Below are positions 30,854-43,175 of a DNA stretch of 64,000 bases, piece by piece. This stretch comes from Opitutales bacterium. Lineage in GTDB: Bacteria; Verrucomicrobiota; Verrucomicrobiia; Opitutales; UBA2987. Numbering within the stretch: position 1 is the first letter of the stretch; every line of letters begins with the position of its first letter. The stretch lies in assembly GCA_965226885.1 (NCBI GenBank), contig CBDDEL010000016.1, positions 128,001 to 192,000 of the forward strand, written 5' to 3'. Position numbers and translations under genes: made by a program. The notes under the pieces are model-generated. The model saw only the letters and a list, made by a program, of their open reading frames with translations, was not told where the DNA came from and made no database searches.

Positions 30854-32527
30854 TCAGCGGCGGGCCTGAGCTACCTGTGCCGCTGTGATTGTGCCTAGTT
30901 CCTTGGCGAACTGGGTGCGTGAATAATTGATAACGGAAGCAATCTCCTCGTCGCTCAAATGGTCGAGAGCCGACATGACGTTTTCATAATCACTGTTCAT
31001 TACCCACCCGCTGCCTTCCAAGACCAGCCGAAGGGTTTCCGAGGCATTGCCTCGCAACTTCTTCGATCCCAATAAAGAAGGCTGCATACCGTCAACCCCC
31101 TGCCCGTCGGCCTGGTGGCATGAAAGACAATGCTGCCGGTATAACGCTCCTCCGTCCACATTCGGTTTAATCATTTCGAGAGCGGTAACGCCGGCCGGAA
31201 TTTCACCTCCAAGGCTCGAATCAACCCCTGGCATGGATGCATCCTTTCCGGTATAAACGATGCGCCATATTCTACCTTTCTGGGAATCGCTCAAGTAGAG
31301 GGAACCGTCCGGCCCCTCGGCCAGGCCGACCGGCCGCCAGCGCGCATCATTCGGGTTTTCCAGGATTTCCCGGCCTTTGAAACCGTCCGCGAATATTTCG
31401 TAGTAATCGTCTTTCAGATTTTTCCCCTCGAATGGGACAAATACGACATTGAACCCCTTTTGCGGCAAGGGAGCACGGTTCCACGAACCATGAAACGCAA
31501 TGAAGGCGCCGCGGCGGTATTTTTCCGGAAATTGCTCTCCGCCGTAGAACAAAAGATCATTCGGCGCCCAGTGTCCGGGAAAGGCCAAAATGGGGTCGTA
31601 ATATTTGCCTTCGGGCGCTTGTTTTTTACCATCTCCGCCATATTCCGGCGTTGTCATGCGGGCGCCCAGAAAGTGATCGAAGTAAGCGTAGGGCCAGCCA
31701 AAATCGGACCCATCGCGCACCAGCATCAACTCTTCTGCGGGTTGTTCCGATCCCTCCTTTTCACTATAAAACTCCGGCCATAGCTGGAAGAGCTGGTCCC
31801 TGCCATGCTGCACTACATAAAGCTCCTGATTCTTCACACTCCAGGCCAGGGCGATTGAATTGCGGATACCGGTGGCAAAATGGTGACCATCTTCGAGCTG
31901 GGTCTGCCCAGTCCGGTCCGCCCGGAAGCGCCAAATGCCGGCCGATCTCTTCAATTGGGGGCAAGGATCGATCCCAGGCGAACCCGCCGTGCGGCTCTTT
32001 TCCTGGCAGGCATTGGAAGGCGCGCCCACCTCCACGAACAGATTCCCGTGATCGTCGAACGCAAAAACCTTGTCCCGGTGGCTGCGCTGATGGGCAAACC
32101 CACTCACCACCACTTCGTAAAGTCCCTTCGGGAGCAGTTCCTCCTCATCCAACTGAAAACGAACGACCTGGGTTGAAGAGGAGACGTATAGGTGATCTCC
32201 GTAAATGCGAAGCCCTTTGCAACGATCGTCCAGCTCTCCAAAATACTTGATTATGTCCGCCCGGCCATCCCCATTTGTGTCGCGCAAAGCGGCAATGTAA
32301 TTACGGTCGATAGGTCTACTCAATGAGACGTAAATATCGCCGTTTTTGCGAACAGCAATCTGCCGCGCCCGACCAATCTCATCCACAACCACGACCGCCT
32401 GAAAACCTTGAGGCAGTTGAATACCGTCATTATCCGAGTCAAAAGCCAAGCCATCATCACCGCCCTTAAGCAAAGTCAAACCAGCTAAAAGAAGCCCACA
32501 GGCAAAAAAAATACCAATTTTATTCAT
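30854..32527 (-). CDS. PQQ-dependent glucose/sorbosone dehydrogenase-type beta-propeller with C-terminal cytochrome c
   Basis: Signal peptide, ATGIRN, FGWPY, AFHGSWNR, RPVGL..GPDGSLY; CLSCH heme motif. Confidence 0.88.
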   Translation of the reverse strand: MNKIGIFFACGLLLAGLTLLKGGDDGLAFDSDNDGIQLPQGFQAVVVVDEIGRARQIAVRKNGDIYVSLSRPIDRNYIAALRDTNGDGRADIIKYFGELDDRCKGLRIYGDHLYVSSSTQVVRFQLDEEELLPKGLYEVVVSGFAHQRSHRDKVFAFDDHGNLFVEVGAPSNACQEKSRTAGSPGIDPCPQLKRSAGIWRFRADRTGQTQLEDGHHFATGIRNSIALAWSVKNQELYVVQHGRDQLFQLWPEFYSEKEGSEQPAEELMLVRDGSDFGWPYAYFDHFLGARMTTPEYGGDGKKQAPEGKYYDPILAFPGHWAPNDLLFYGGEQFPEKYRRGAFIAFHGSWNRAPLPQKGFNVVFVPFEGKNLKDDYYEIFADGFKGREILENPNDARWRPVGLAEGPDGSLYLSDSQKGRIWRIVYTGKDASMPGVDSSLGGEIPAGVTALEMIKPNVDGGALYRQHCLSCHQADGQGVDGMQPSLLGSKKLRGNASETLRLVLEGSGWVMNSDYENVMSALDHLSDEEIASVINYSRTQFAKELGTITAAQVAQARR

Positions 32528-32762
32528 CGTTCTCCAAATTCAGTTAAAAATCGATTCCGATGCACCATGCCCCACCAAACATCATTAAGCAATGGTTTCT
32601 TGCCAAGGCCAAGGGAATAGGTGCCCGGCAAAAGCGTAGATATAAAGGCCGCGTTGAGGGGTTCCTATAGCCATATGTGAGTAGTTCTTGCCTTCGGCAA
32701 CATCTCATTTCAATATGGCCAAACGTATTTCTTGCCCTGGTTGGGCCGAGACTTCATTTGCC

Positions 32763-33686
32763 ATGCGTTACAGGACATTAGGAAAAACAGGTTGGGAGGT
32801 AAGCGCCGTATCCATGGGATGTTGGGGCATCAGTGGCCAGTGGGGAACGGTGGATGACCGGCAGGCGCTCGACACTATTGCCGCGGCCCTCGATTCCGGA
32901 GTCAACCTCTTCGATACGGCGGACAACTATGGGTTGGGCCGGAGCGAGGAGTTGGTCGGCAAAGCTTTTCATGGAAAGAAACCGGATCATGTTTACATAG
33001 CGACCAAAGTCGGCAATTGGGCCCGGAAATTGGACGATCCGCCGGGCTTGCGTTCCAAATACAGCATCGTCAACTGCTGCCATGCCAGCCTTTACCGGCT
33101 GGGCCTTGATGCCATCGACTTGTATCAATGCCATGTCGGCACGCCGGAAAATCCGGAAATCTTCGTGGAAGCCTTCGAGTTGCTCAAAAAACAGGGCAAA
33201 ATACGTCAATACGCCATTTCCACAAATGACCTTGAGGCTCTCAAGGCGTTGAGTACCAACGGTCAATGCGCAAGCTGCCAGATCAACTACTCCATTCTCA
33301 ACCGCTCGGCAGAGAAAGACATCCTGCCCTATTGCCGGGAAAACAACATCGGAGTCCTTCTTCGCGGGCCGCTAGGAAAGGGCATCCTGAGCGGAAAATT
33401 CACGTCCAACACCTATTTTGAAGACACGGTGAGACAAAGCTGGAACGAGGGGCAAAGCAAAAGAGCGGAACTACTATCAGGTCTGGAAATAGTTGAAAAA
33501 GTAAAATCGCTCGTCACGGAAGAGCGCTCATTGGTCGATATCGCACTTCAATTCACCCTCGCCCACCCGGCCGTTACCTGTCCCATACCCGGCATGAAAA
33601 ACCCCGGCCAGGCCCGCCGGAACGCCGCCGCAGCCGACGGCGATCTCAGCGCCGAAGACCTGAATTTCCTCGATAAAATTTCCTGA
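32763..33686 (+). CDS. Aldo/keto reductase
   Basis: MRYRTLGKTG, FDTADNYG.G.SE, IATK, DLYQCH, PIPG. Confidence 0.92.
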   Translation: MRYRTLGKTGWEVSAVSMGCWGISGQWGTVDDRQALDTIAAALDSGVNLFDTADNYGLGRSEELVGKAFHGKKPDHVYIATKVGNWARKLDDPPGLRSKYSIVNCCHASLYRLGLDAIDLYQCHVGTPENPEIFVEAFELLKKQGKIRQYAISTNDLEALKALSTNGQCASCQINYSILNRSAEKDILPYCRENNIGVLLRGPLGKGILSGKFTSNTYFEDTVRQSWNEGQSKRAELLSGLEIVEKVKSLVTEERSLVDIALQFTLAHPAVTCPIPGMKNPGQARRNAAAADGDLSAEDLNFLDKIS

Positions 33687-34427
33687 TCCTTCCTCTCATT
33701 CTGCAAAATTATCTTCGCTTTCTCCGGCGGGATGGCCATATTGCAAGAACGCGTAAGGGCGATTCGCTAATCGGCGCCGTCTTCAGCCCTGGCAGGCGCT
33801 CACGACCCAGTAATTACCAAACTTGTCTCAATTTCAATCACACGGCGCGCAAACTGGAAATTTGTAAAAACTGGCTCCGGCATTAAAGATAACAGTTTTA
33901 CGGGCGACTTTAAGAACGTTAAGGCAAAAACGTATTAACAAGGCCGTCGATTCCTTTGACAATCGGCAAAAACGGCAGCAAGGAAGCTGCCAATGATAAA
34001 ATCAAGGAAGAAAAATAATGTTATTAATGCACAAGATCAAATTAAGCAATTTTTTGTCCAAATATACAGGAAAAATGCGATTAACTGGTAAACTATCATT
34101 CATTGGAGTGACTGCTCTTGGTATCATCCTTGGAAGCTCGCCATTAGTGGCGACAAATACAACTTTCCAGACCGTTACCTTTTCAGTCAGTGCCATCAAT
34201 GAACTCTCGGTGAGTGGCAATCCAGGCACATTGACGATCTCAGCAGCTACTGCCGGATCTGCGCCGAATTCAGTGTCAGATGCAACAACCACCTATTCCA
34301 TCACTACCAACGAAAGCACAAGAAAGATAACCGCGGCAATTGATGTTGCCATGCCTTCCGGAACCACCTTGACGGCAAATCTTGTGCCGCCCGTCGGGCG
34401 GCACAAGCGCTGGCGCGCTTTCTTTAA

Positions 34428-35994
34428 CCCGGATATTTCATGAAGGGTAAAGTTTGGCTCGTTATTGCTATTGGAGATGGATTTCTTTGTATTTTGAGCA
34501 GATCGTCTTGATTTTTAGGTGTTTTTCAGGGTGTAGAGACACTGCCCCCTTTCCCCCATTGGTTCGGTAGTGCCGGGGGCAGCACCAATGCACCCTTTAG
34601 GTTGGCACCAATCGGCGGGCCGCATGGTTGAAAAGACTGGCCCAAGGATAACTCTCACTTAGGTGAAAGTGAATCGTTCGGGTGTTGCGCACGATGACCG
34701 CTCCGATCTTGATTAATTTGAGCCGCAGGGTGTGGCATTGGGCCCGCGCCCACTTCGTCCCTTTTAAGGCTAACCGGCGCATGGCTTCCATCAAGGTGTA
34801 GGCCAGCGCCGACAAGAGCAATCGCCACTGATTGGGCCACCATTGATGGGCGCTGGTGCGCTCGCTGAACAATTGCATCTGTTCCTTGATGCGGTTCTCC
34901 ATTTCACCGCGGCCACAGTATACCTTGTCGTAAAGCTCCTGGGGATCGCCCGGCAGGTTCGTCACCACGAAGCGCGGGTTGGACCCCTGTGCGGTGTGTT
35001 CGGCTTTATGGATGACCAACCGCAGCCATCGCCACGAATCGGCAGCATAGACGAAGTCCTGGAATAACCGTTGTTTTTTACCCCTTAGTTCGAACCATTC
35101 TTTGGCCTGCTTTTGCAACTGCTGGGCGTCTTGCTGCAAGCGTGCATTGCGAGCCATCCCCACGATGTAACTAACTTCGTTGCGGTCGCACCAAGAGAGT
35201 ATCCGGTCTCGACAAAATCCACTGTCGGCGCGCCAAATAATCCGCGTACGGGGCCAGCTTTGGCGAATCCGTTTAACCAGCAATTTGAGGATGGCCCCGG
35301 CATGCTTGCTGGCATCGATCTTGCTCGGCCGCAGGTAGGCCACCAGCAGCTGATCACCGCAAAAAACATATAGCGGCAGAAAACAGTAATGATCATAATA
35401 ACCGTGGAAAAAACGTCCCTCCTGGAGCCCGTGCACCGGATTGTCGGTGGCGTCAAAGTCCAGGATGATCTCTTCGGGTTCCTCGGCAAAGGAGCCCATG
35501 AACTGTTCGACCAACAGCTCGTTTACCGCAAAGGCCGCCCGCCGATCCTGCCCGTTTTCAAAACGACACAAAGTCGGCGCGCTGGCCAACGTTTCAATGC
35601 GCCCCGTTACCGTTTGCAACAATGGATCGTGGCGCAGGGTATCAAAGTCGTTCAAATCCTCATAGCCCGCCACCAGCCCGTAAACGCGCTGCCGCAGCAT
35701 CCCCAATACCTCATGGCGTACTTTGCCCTTCTGCCGTTTGTCCACTAACTGTCGGGCCGCTCGTTCGGTCAAGCCCAACTGCCGATCCACTTCCCGGATC
35801 AAAAGCAGTCCGGCATCCGAAGTAACCTCTCCGCCCTTGAAATCAACCCGCACACGGCGGCCTTTTACCCTTGTCAACTGTAGCTTTAATTGTTTACCTT
35901 TTGTCATCGCTGATATTGCTTTAATTATTGATCTATCCTGCTGTATATCAGCAGTTAAGCATATCAACGATACTTTTTTTACGAAATATCCGGG
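34428..35994 (-). mobile_element. IS1380-family element, copy 1 (1567 bp); transposase 34597-~35907
   Basis: IRs CCCGGATATTTC; TSD TTAA; SDAG.LL, GYEDLND, LDFDAT, RADSGF, RG.MENRIKE. Confidence 0.95.
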
Positions 35995-36063
35995 TTAAGC
36001 ACGACCGCCGTTGATGTTGTTACAGGAATCACAAAGCTGAATGAAAGTGGAAAATCAATTACT

Positions 36064-37197
36064 GATACCAAATCGCAAAAGGATTGATAAAGATTAAAAA
36101 ACAGCTATAAAGGCGGAATGAGAAGATATATGGGAACCGATGAAGACCGTGAACGTATCAAGAAATTGCTCAACAAAGAGGCTGTCGGCTGGCGTAAAGA
36201 GCGTTTGGTGGCATTAAAAATGGGCTTCCAGCCGCACCACAGCATTGATGAAATTGGAGCCATCGTGGGCCGAGGCAAAGCGACGATCCAGCGTTGGTTT
36301 GACAAATATCGTGCTGCAGGGCTCGGGGCGGTGCTTACACGCGCCTACAAAGGCGGGATCAAAAGCCGTTGCGACAAAGAGGTGGAGGCCTTCTTGCTCA
36401 ATGGTTTGAAGGTCGCGCGCTGGAACACAGCCGTTCAGGCGGGGCAAGAGCTGGAGCGACATTTCGGGCGCTCCTTCGCCTACAAGACGGTGTGGCGATG
36501 GCTAAAAAAATGCGCCGGGGTGCTTCGAGTCCCTCGCCCCGTGCATGAGAAACGGGACTCGGCAAAAGCGGAAGCGTTCAAGCGAGACTTTTTTAAGATC
36601 CTCCAGGAGCTTTCCCTCACCCGAGGCAATCGGGTTCGGGTGTGGTTTGCCGATGAAAGCCGTTTTGGTTTGCTTCCGGTGTACCGCCGGTGCTGGACGC
36701 AAAGAGGGCTTCGGCCGCACAAAAAATATCAGACAAGATACCAGTGGAGCTACTGTTACGGAGCCCTCGACGTGGTCAACGGCGAGATGGTATGCATCCA
36801 AACCCCTAGCACGAATCTACAGTGGACGGAGGCTTTCCTCCAACAGATCAAAAAGCAATATCCTGAGGAGGAACATGTGGTTGTATGGGACGGGGCAGGC
36901 TTCCATCCGCACGACTCGGAGCACCCCAACGTCCCCCCGGGCATACATATCGTGAATTTGCCGCCGTATAGTCCTGAACTCAACCCGATTGAAAGACTTT
37001 GGGATATGATACAGGATCAAACGGCCAACAAACTGTGGCCGAGCATTGAGCGACTCGAAGAAGTCGTCGCAACCCATCTCAAAGACTGGTGGGAGGACAC
37101 TGAAAAAGTCCTCTCTTTAGTTGGCGGAGGCTGGCAGCACATTCAAGCAAACGCTTCTGCCAAATAACTTATTATCATACCTAATGAGATTTGGTAT
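36064..37197 (+). mobile_element. IS630-family element; transposase 36118-37167
   Basis: IRs ATACCAAATC/GATTTGGTAT; DESRFG, WDGAGFH, LPPYSPELNPIE. Confidence 0.92.
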
Positions 37198-37295
37198 TAT
37201 TCCCTTTCAGCCACTTCCGCAGCAGGAACTATATCCTCTACAAATAGAACAGTAACACTGACTGTTATTGCTGGAAGCTAATCGATTTGAACATG

Positions 37296-37331
37296 GGGGT
37301 GGCGGATTCTGTCTGCCACCCCTTATTATTT
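37296..37331 (+). terminator. Intra-operon hairpin/terminator after subunit gene 1
   Basis: GGGGTGGCGGA-TTCTG-TCTGCCACCCC followed by TTATTATTT. Confidence 0.65.
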
Positions 37332-37398
37332 AATCGATATCATGAAGAAGCTAACCTTCATTACCATCTTGATTCTTGCTCTTGCGTGCGAACACCAC

Positions 37399-39917
37399 TG
37401 TAAACGCCGGGGAAAAACCGGTACGGTAAAGAGGGCGCTTTAAAACCGGTACGCTTATCCTAGAAAGGAGGAGTGTATCGAGATATGAAGCAATGGACAA
37501 GAGTGCGGCACAAAGTGCTGCGGGACAAGCAGAGCAAGCGCTCTGTAATGCGAGAAGAGGGACTGCACTGGGAGACCCTGGGAAAGATGCTGGCCTATTC
37601 CCAGCCGCCGGGATACCGGCGCAAGAAGAGGCGAGAGCGCAAGATCGATCCGTATGTGGGCTGGATCGAGGAGGTGCTCAAAGCGGACCGGAACGTGCCC
37701 AAGAAGCAGCGCCATACGGCCAAACGGATCTACCAGCGTTTGGGTCGGGAGAAGGGCTACCAAGGGGGCTACACGGCGGTCAAGGAGGTGGTGGCCGAGC
37801 TGCGCGAGCGAGGCGGCGGGAAGTGTTCGTGCCGCTGGAGCACCGCCCCGGGGAGGGACAGGTGGACTTCGGTCATGCCCTGGTGAAGGAGGCGGGGCAA
37901 TTGCGTAGGCGGCCATTTTTTGCCATGAGCCTGCCCTACAGCGATGCCTTTTTCGTGCAGGTGTTCGAACGGGAGTGCACGGAGAGCTTCTGGGAGGGGC
38001 ACCTGCGAGCTTTTGAGTTTTTCGGGGCGGTGCCCCGGCGCATCAGCTATGACAACTCGAAGGTGGCGGTGGGTAAGATTATCGGTTCGCGTGAACGCAA
38101 GCTGACCGACGGGTTTCTGCAGCTACAGAGCCATTACCTGTTCGAGGAACACTTCTGTCTGCCCGCCCGGCCCAACGAGAAGGGCGTGGTCGAGGGGATC
38201 GTGCGTTATGCCCGGGCCAACTTCCTGGTACCGGTACCGCAGGTTCGGGACCTGGAGGAACTCAACGCAAAGCTGTTGGAGGCATGTGAGCGGGACATGG
38301 AGCGTAAATTACGCGGGAAAAGGGCGGTGAAAAAGGAACTGCTGGCCGAGGAGCGCGCCGTCATGCTGGCGTTGCCGCCCATACCCTTTGAAGCGAGCCG
38401 CAAACGCTCGACCTGCGTCAGCAGCCTCTCGCTGGTGCGCTTCGAGTGCAACGACTATTCGGTGCCGGTGCGCTGCGCCCACCATCCGGTGGTGGTGGAA
38501 GGGTCCTGTCGGCAGGTGGTGATCTTCTGTGGGGGCCAAGAGGTGGCCCGGCACCGCCGCATTTGGGATAAAGAGCAAGTCTCTTTCGAGCCGGTGCACT
38601 ACCTGGCTTTGCTGGAGAAAAAACCGGGCGCTTTGGACTTCGCCCGCCCACTCTCGGGCTGGCAGTTGCCGCAGTGCCTGCAGGTCCTCAGACGCCGGCT
38701 CGAAAGCCAATGCGGGGGCGAAGGCACCCGGGAGTATATCCGGGTGCTGCGGCTGTTGGAGAAACACCCCATGGCGGCCTTGCAGCAGGCCGTCGTCTCG
38801 GCCCTGCGGGTGGGGGGACTGACTCGTGAGGCCATCGCCCAGTATCTCTATCCTCAGGAAGACTACGGGAGCAGAACCTTCCGGCTGGACGGCCATCCAC
38901 ACCTGCGTCACGTCCGTGTGGCCGCCCCTGACCTCGGTGCCTACAGCGAACTGCTCAAGATTCCAGGAGGGGCTTTATGAAGGAAGAAAAAAACCAGCTG
39001 CTGTTACACCATCACCTCAAGAAACTGAAGTTGCCCACCATCCTGCGCGAATGGCCGGCGGTGGCCGCGGCTTGTTCCCGGGACCGGCTCGATTACGCCG
39101 CCTTTTTGTTGCATCTGGTCGAACGGGAGCTCATTGAACGCGAACAGCGGGCCGCCCAGCGGCGGATCAAAAACGGCCGTTTCCCCGTGCTCAAGACCCT
39201 CGAGAGCTTCGCCTTTGAAGCGCAGCCCTCGATCAACGAAGCGCTCATCCGAGAGCTCATGCGCGGGGAGTATGTCGACCAGCGCGAAAACGTGCTGCTC
39301 CTCGGTAACGCCGGTACCGGTAAAACGCACCTGGCCACCGCCCTGGGCTTTGCCGCCTGTGCCCAGGGCCGGCGGATCCGTTTCTTCGGGGTCACCGCCC
39401 TGGTTACCCATATGCTCGAGCAACGCGACAACCACGACCTGCAGCGCTTCATGAAGCAACTCGAAAGGCTCGACCTACTCATCCTCGACGAACTCGGTTA
39501 CGTCCCTTTTTCCAAGACCGGTTCCGAACTGCTCTTCGACGTGGTCAGCCGCGCTTACGAGCGCACCAGTCTCATCGTCACCACCAACCTGCCCTTTGAG
39601 AACTGGATCGAAGTGCTCGGTTCCGAACGGCTCACCGGAGCTCTGCTGGACCGACTCACCCATCGGGTGCATATCCTCGAAGCCAACGGGCAAAGCTACC
39701 GCTTGCGCGATGCTCGACGCCGTCGCCGTGGCACAAAACAATAAACGCCTTGGGCCCGGCTCGTCGGCCTCCGGCCTCCTCACCGACCCCAAGCCAATCC
39801 CCAAAACCAACTCCCAAACCCTAAACCTTGACGTACCTGCAATTACTAACCTAGACCTTATTCCAAGCGTACCGGTTTTACCCCGACCCCCGTACCGGTT
39901 TCATCCCGGCGTTTACA
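37399..39917 (+). mobile_element. IS21-family element, copy 2; istA frameshifted (+2 near 37803), istB 38977-39744
   Basis: 6-bp TSD CACCAC; 2 bp longer than copy 1. Confidence 0.95.
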
Positions 39918-40021
39918 CACCACGCAGCAGACATATCCTCGATTGGTGATTGGACTGAAAACATTGACTCCCTTGATTTAATTGCTGGTGCCGGAAGCGA
40001 TCTTATAAACCTGCACGAAAG

Positions 40022-41373
40022 TGAAATGGACGGGGAAAACTGGACAGTGGAATAAGGTGGTCTTGAACCACTAAGGTGGTCTTGAACCACTAAATCCGCT
40101 AACCTATGAATGTTATTAAATCACGAAAGAGAAGACAATACAGTGCTGAGTTTAAAGCCCGAGTGGCCCTGGAAGCCATCAGGGGCGCTCATACCATCAA
40201 CGAGATCGCCGGTCGTTTTGAGGTGCATCCCAACCAGGTGACCCAATGGAAGAAGCAGCTTTTGCAGGGAGCAACGGAGCTGTTTTCGCGCCAGCGGCAG
40301 ACTCTCAGCAAGGACAACGAGACGGAAAAAGATCACCTTTACCAGGAGATTGGAAAGCTGAAAGTAGAATGCGATTGGCTAAAAAAAAAGTCTGAACAAT
40401 TCGGTTGGTGAGAGGCGCAAGATGGTGCAACCACTTCAAGGAAAAATCAGTATCGGCAGGCAATGTCAGTTGCTGGGGCTGGCCCGCGGCAGCTATTACT
40501 ATCGGGCCCGTGCCCAGTGCGAGCAGAACGTTCTCTACATGCATCGCATGGATGAGCTCTACACCCAATATCCGTTTTTTGGTTCTCGCCGGATGACCCA
40601 GTGGCTGCGTCGAGAGGGCCATGCAGTGGGACGAGGCCGCATCCAGCGGCTCATGCGCCAAATGGGCCTGGAGGCTATTTATCCGCGTCGAAACTTGAGC
40701 CAGGGGCACCGGCAGCACCGCATTTTCCCTTATCTGCTGCGGGGTTTGGCGGTCGAGCGGCCCGACCAGGTATGGTGCAGCGACATCACTTACCTGCGGC
40801 TGAGCCGAGGATTCCTTTTCTTGACCGTGGTGTTGGACTGGTTCAGCCGCTACGTGTTGAGCTGGCAGCTTTCCAACACCCTGGAGAGCCGCTTCTGTGT
40901 GCTCGCCCTGGAGGAAGCTCTGAGGCGGGCCCAACCTCAAATCTTCAACACCGATCAAGGCAGCCAGTTTACCGGCAGCGAGTTCACCTCGGTGCTGGGG
41001 CAAGCCGGGGTGCGCATCAGCATGGACGGGCGTGGCCGCTACCTGGACAACATATTTGTTGAACGCTTTTGGAGAACCCTCAAGTATGAAGACATTTACC
41101 TGCGCGAATACGCCACGGCAAAGGAAGCCAGCGAAGGGATAGCCCGCTACCTGGACTTCTACAACCACCTGCGCCCCCACCAAGCCCTGGGCTACCGGAC
41201 CCCGGCCGAAGTCCATGCAATCGGAGCAAAACCAACCTCCCCGCCAATACAGCTTGCGGGCACCTGCGTGCCCGTCTTTGGCTAAGGACAAAATATATTT
41301 TTAAAAAATAATATGAACACGATTTCCACCTTAATCCCACGTCAAAATTGTCCAAACAACCCCGTCCACTTCA
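40022..41373 (+). mobile_element. IS3-family element type A, copy 1
   Basis: TG...CA IRs, TSD AAG; orfA 40106-40411, A9G slippery site 40381-40390, orfB to 41285 (SDITY, TDQGSQF, ERFWRTLK). Confidence 0.95.
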
Positions 41374-41968
41374 AAGTTCAACAAATGTAACAGTCTTAAC
41401 AATAACAAACGTGCCGGCACGCGGCGCGTGGCAATTAAATGCAAAAAGATCTGACAGCCTTTGGGATGGGGATTATTCTATTTTTATAAAGAGAACCTCT
41501 GACGAAACTGGTCCCGGAACTATTTCAGGAGGCAGTGCTTACGTTGAATTATCTACATTTGATACACAAATCTTTACAGGGACAGATAACCGTAGCGACA
41601 TTTCAATTCAATACAAATTGACCGGCATGTCAAAAAACATATCTCCAGACACTTATATAACTTCTGTAATCGTTACAGTGATCGAGTAGAAAATCGAAAT
41701 GAAAACCTTTCTTTGTTACCTATTTCCAATTCTCTTTTTCAATAGCTCTCTTATGGCTGGGATTGTAGTTGCGGGCAGTCTCGTACGAACAAAGGGCGTT
41801 AACCCGGGAGAATCTTATCAAGGTATTATTTCTTTACAGAATACCGACGAAACCACAGCTGAAGTAAGAATTTACATGACAGAATACTTGTTTTACTCAG
41901 ATGGAAGCAATCTTTTTGGTGAGTCGGGAAGTCATGATCGATCCAATACAGGTAGTGTTAACATTTTG

Positions 41969-42770
41969 GGTAGTGTATTAAGTAGGAATGGTGGCTAATT
42001 CTTGATTATATTGATGAATGAAAAGTCTCAGACAGGTTTCATGCATACTCTTAAGCTTGGAAAAGGAGAGGGTTTTGCGTGTGAAACGACCCAGTCGTTG
42101 GCGCAGGGTATTGTTCCATCGTTCCACATGGGCCGTTTCACCGGTTTCTTTTCCCACGGATCGGTTATGAGGAAAGACTTCATCATAAGTGCTCCAAAAG
42201 TCGCTGTAGGTGGCACTTCTTTTGTAGGCCCGTGGCAGACGCTCGTAAAGTTCCCGGCAACGATACCAATCCTGAGGCCCAATGGCATAGGAGAGGATTT
42301 GACGGGTGCGTCGGCAAAGAGCGATCCAAACCCATTGGGCATCGCTCTTGCGCCCCACAAAAGACCACAGTTCGTCCAGTTCAATGACATCATGGCGGCG
42401 GGCCGCAAGAATCGTGCTTTTGAGCGGTCGCAGCGATTGTCGTTTTTTTTAACCAACTCAAAGCGGTGTTGGGACTCACCCCGAAGGCGCGCTGTAAACC
42501 GCGTAGACTGCTGCGTTCCTGATAGACTCGAAGGATCATTTCTTTTTGCTCTTCGGTGTATTTCACTGTGGGGTTTTCGCGGCTTTGTTTACCACAATCA
42601 TGGCAGCGGTAGCGCTGTTTATGGTTGGGCGTCTTGCCAAATTTAATGATATTTTCACTTCCACAGTGCCGACAATTAATAATTTTAGTAACCATGCACT
42701 AAGAATAAACTGCCTAACGCTATTTGTACAGCTAAAAATACAAAATAACATTCTTTTTTTATACACTACC
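41969..42770 (-). mobile_element. IS1-family element type A, copy 2
   Basis: 802 bp, TSD ACATTTTG. Confidence 0.95.
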
Positions 42771-42907
42771 ACATTTTGAATGTTTAAGCTGTACTTTTTA
42801 GCGTGATTATGTTGTGAACTGGGAATGGTCCATATCACAGTAAAATGTCCTCAATGCGGAAGCGATCACATCATCAAGCACGGCAAGGATCCGAAAGGGG
42901 TTCAGAA

Positions 42908-42967
42908 GTATCGATGCAAGGGGTGTGGTATCGATGCAAGGGGTGTGGTATCGATGCAAGGGGTGTG
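42908..42967 (+). repeat. 20-bp unit x3 (GTATCGATGCAAGGGGTGTG)
   Basis: Perfect tandem repeat, no spacers; frameshifts IS1-B insA. Confidence 0.95.
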
Positions 42968-43175
42968 GTTATCAGTTTCGGCTTCACCCCAAAAGTCGTG
43001 AGCATCCTCCGGCGCTGGTCAAGCAGGTGCTCCGTGCGCACCAAAACCGGATGAGCCTGCGTGCCATTTACCGTACCTTCGGGGTAGCCCCAAAGACGGT
43101 CATCGAATGGATTAAAAAAAAGTCCTGAGTTTGCCGAAGCTGGAGTCCACTCTGCTTGCCCGCCAGTGTAGTGAT

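Larger units (their letters stand above)
34075..37281 (+). pseudogene. Secreted Ser/Thr-rich putative major fimbrial subunit (166 aa reconstructed)
   Basis: Segments 34075-34427 (minus one C near 34391), 35999-36063 and 37198-37281 join in frame. Confidence 0.7.
37342..41689 (+). pseudogene. Second secreted putative fimbrial subunit (155 aa reconstructed)
   Basis: 37342-37398 + 39924-40021 + 41377-41689 join in frame; MKKLTF signal peptide. Confidence 0.7.

Noticed and set aside
33740..34070. Riboswitch upstream of the fimbrial-like operon
   Set aside because: Only a small GGCAGC/GCTGCC hairpin; no c-di-GMP or other aptamer consensus recognised
42908..42967. CRISPR-like repeat
   Set aside because: No spacers and no cas genes; it is a tandem triplication within insA
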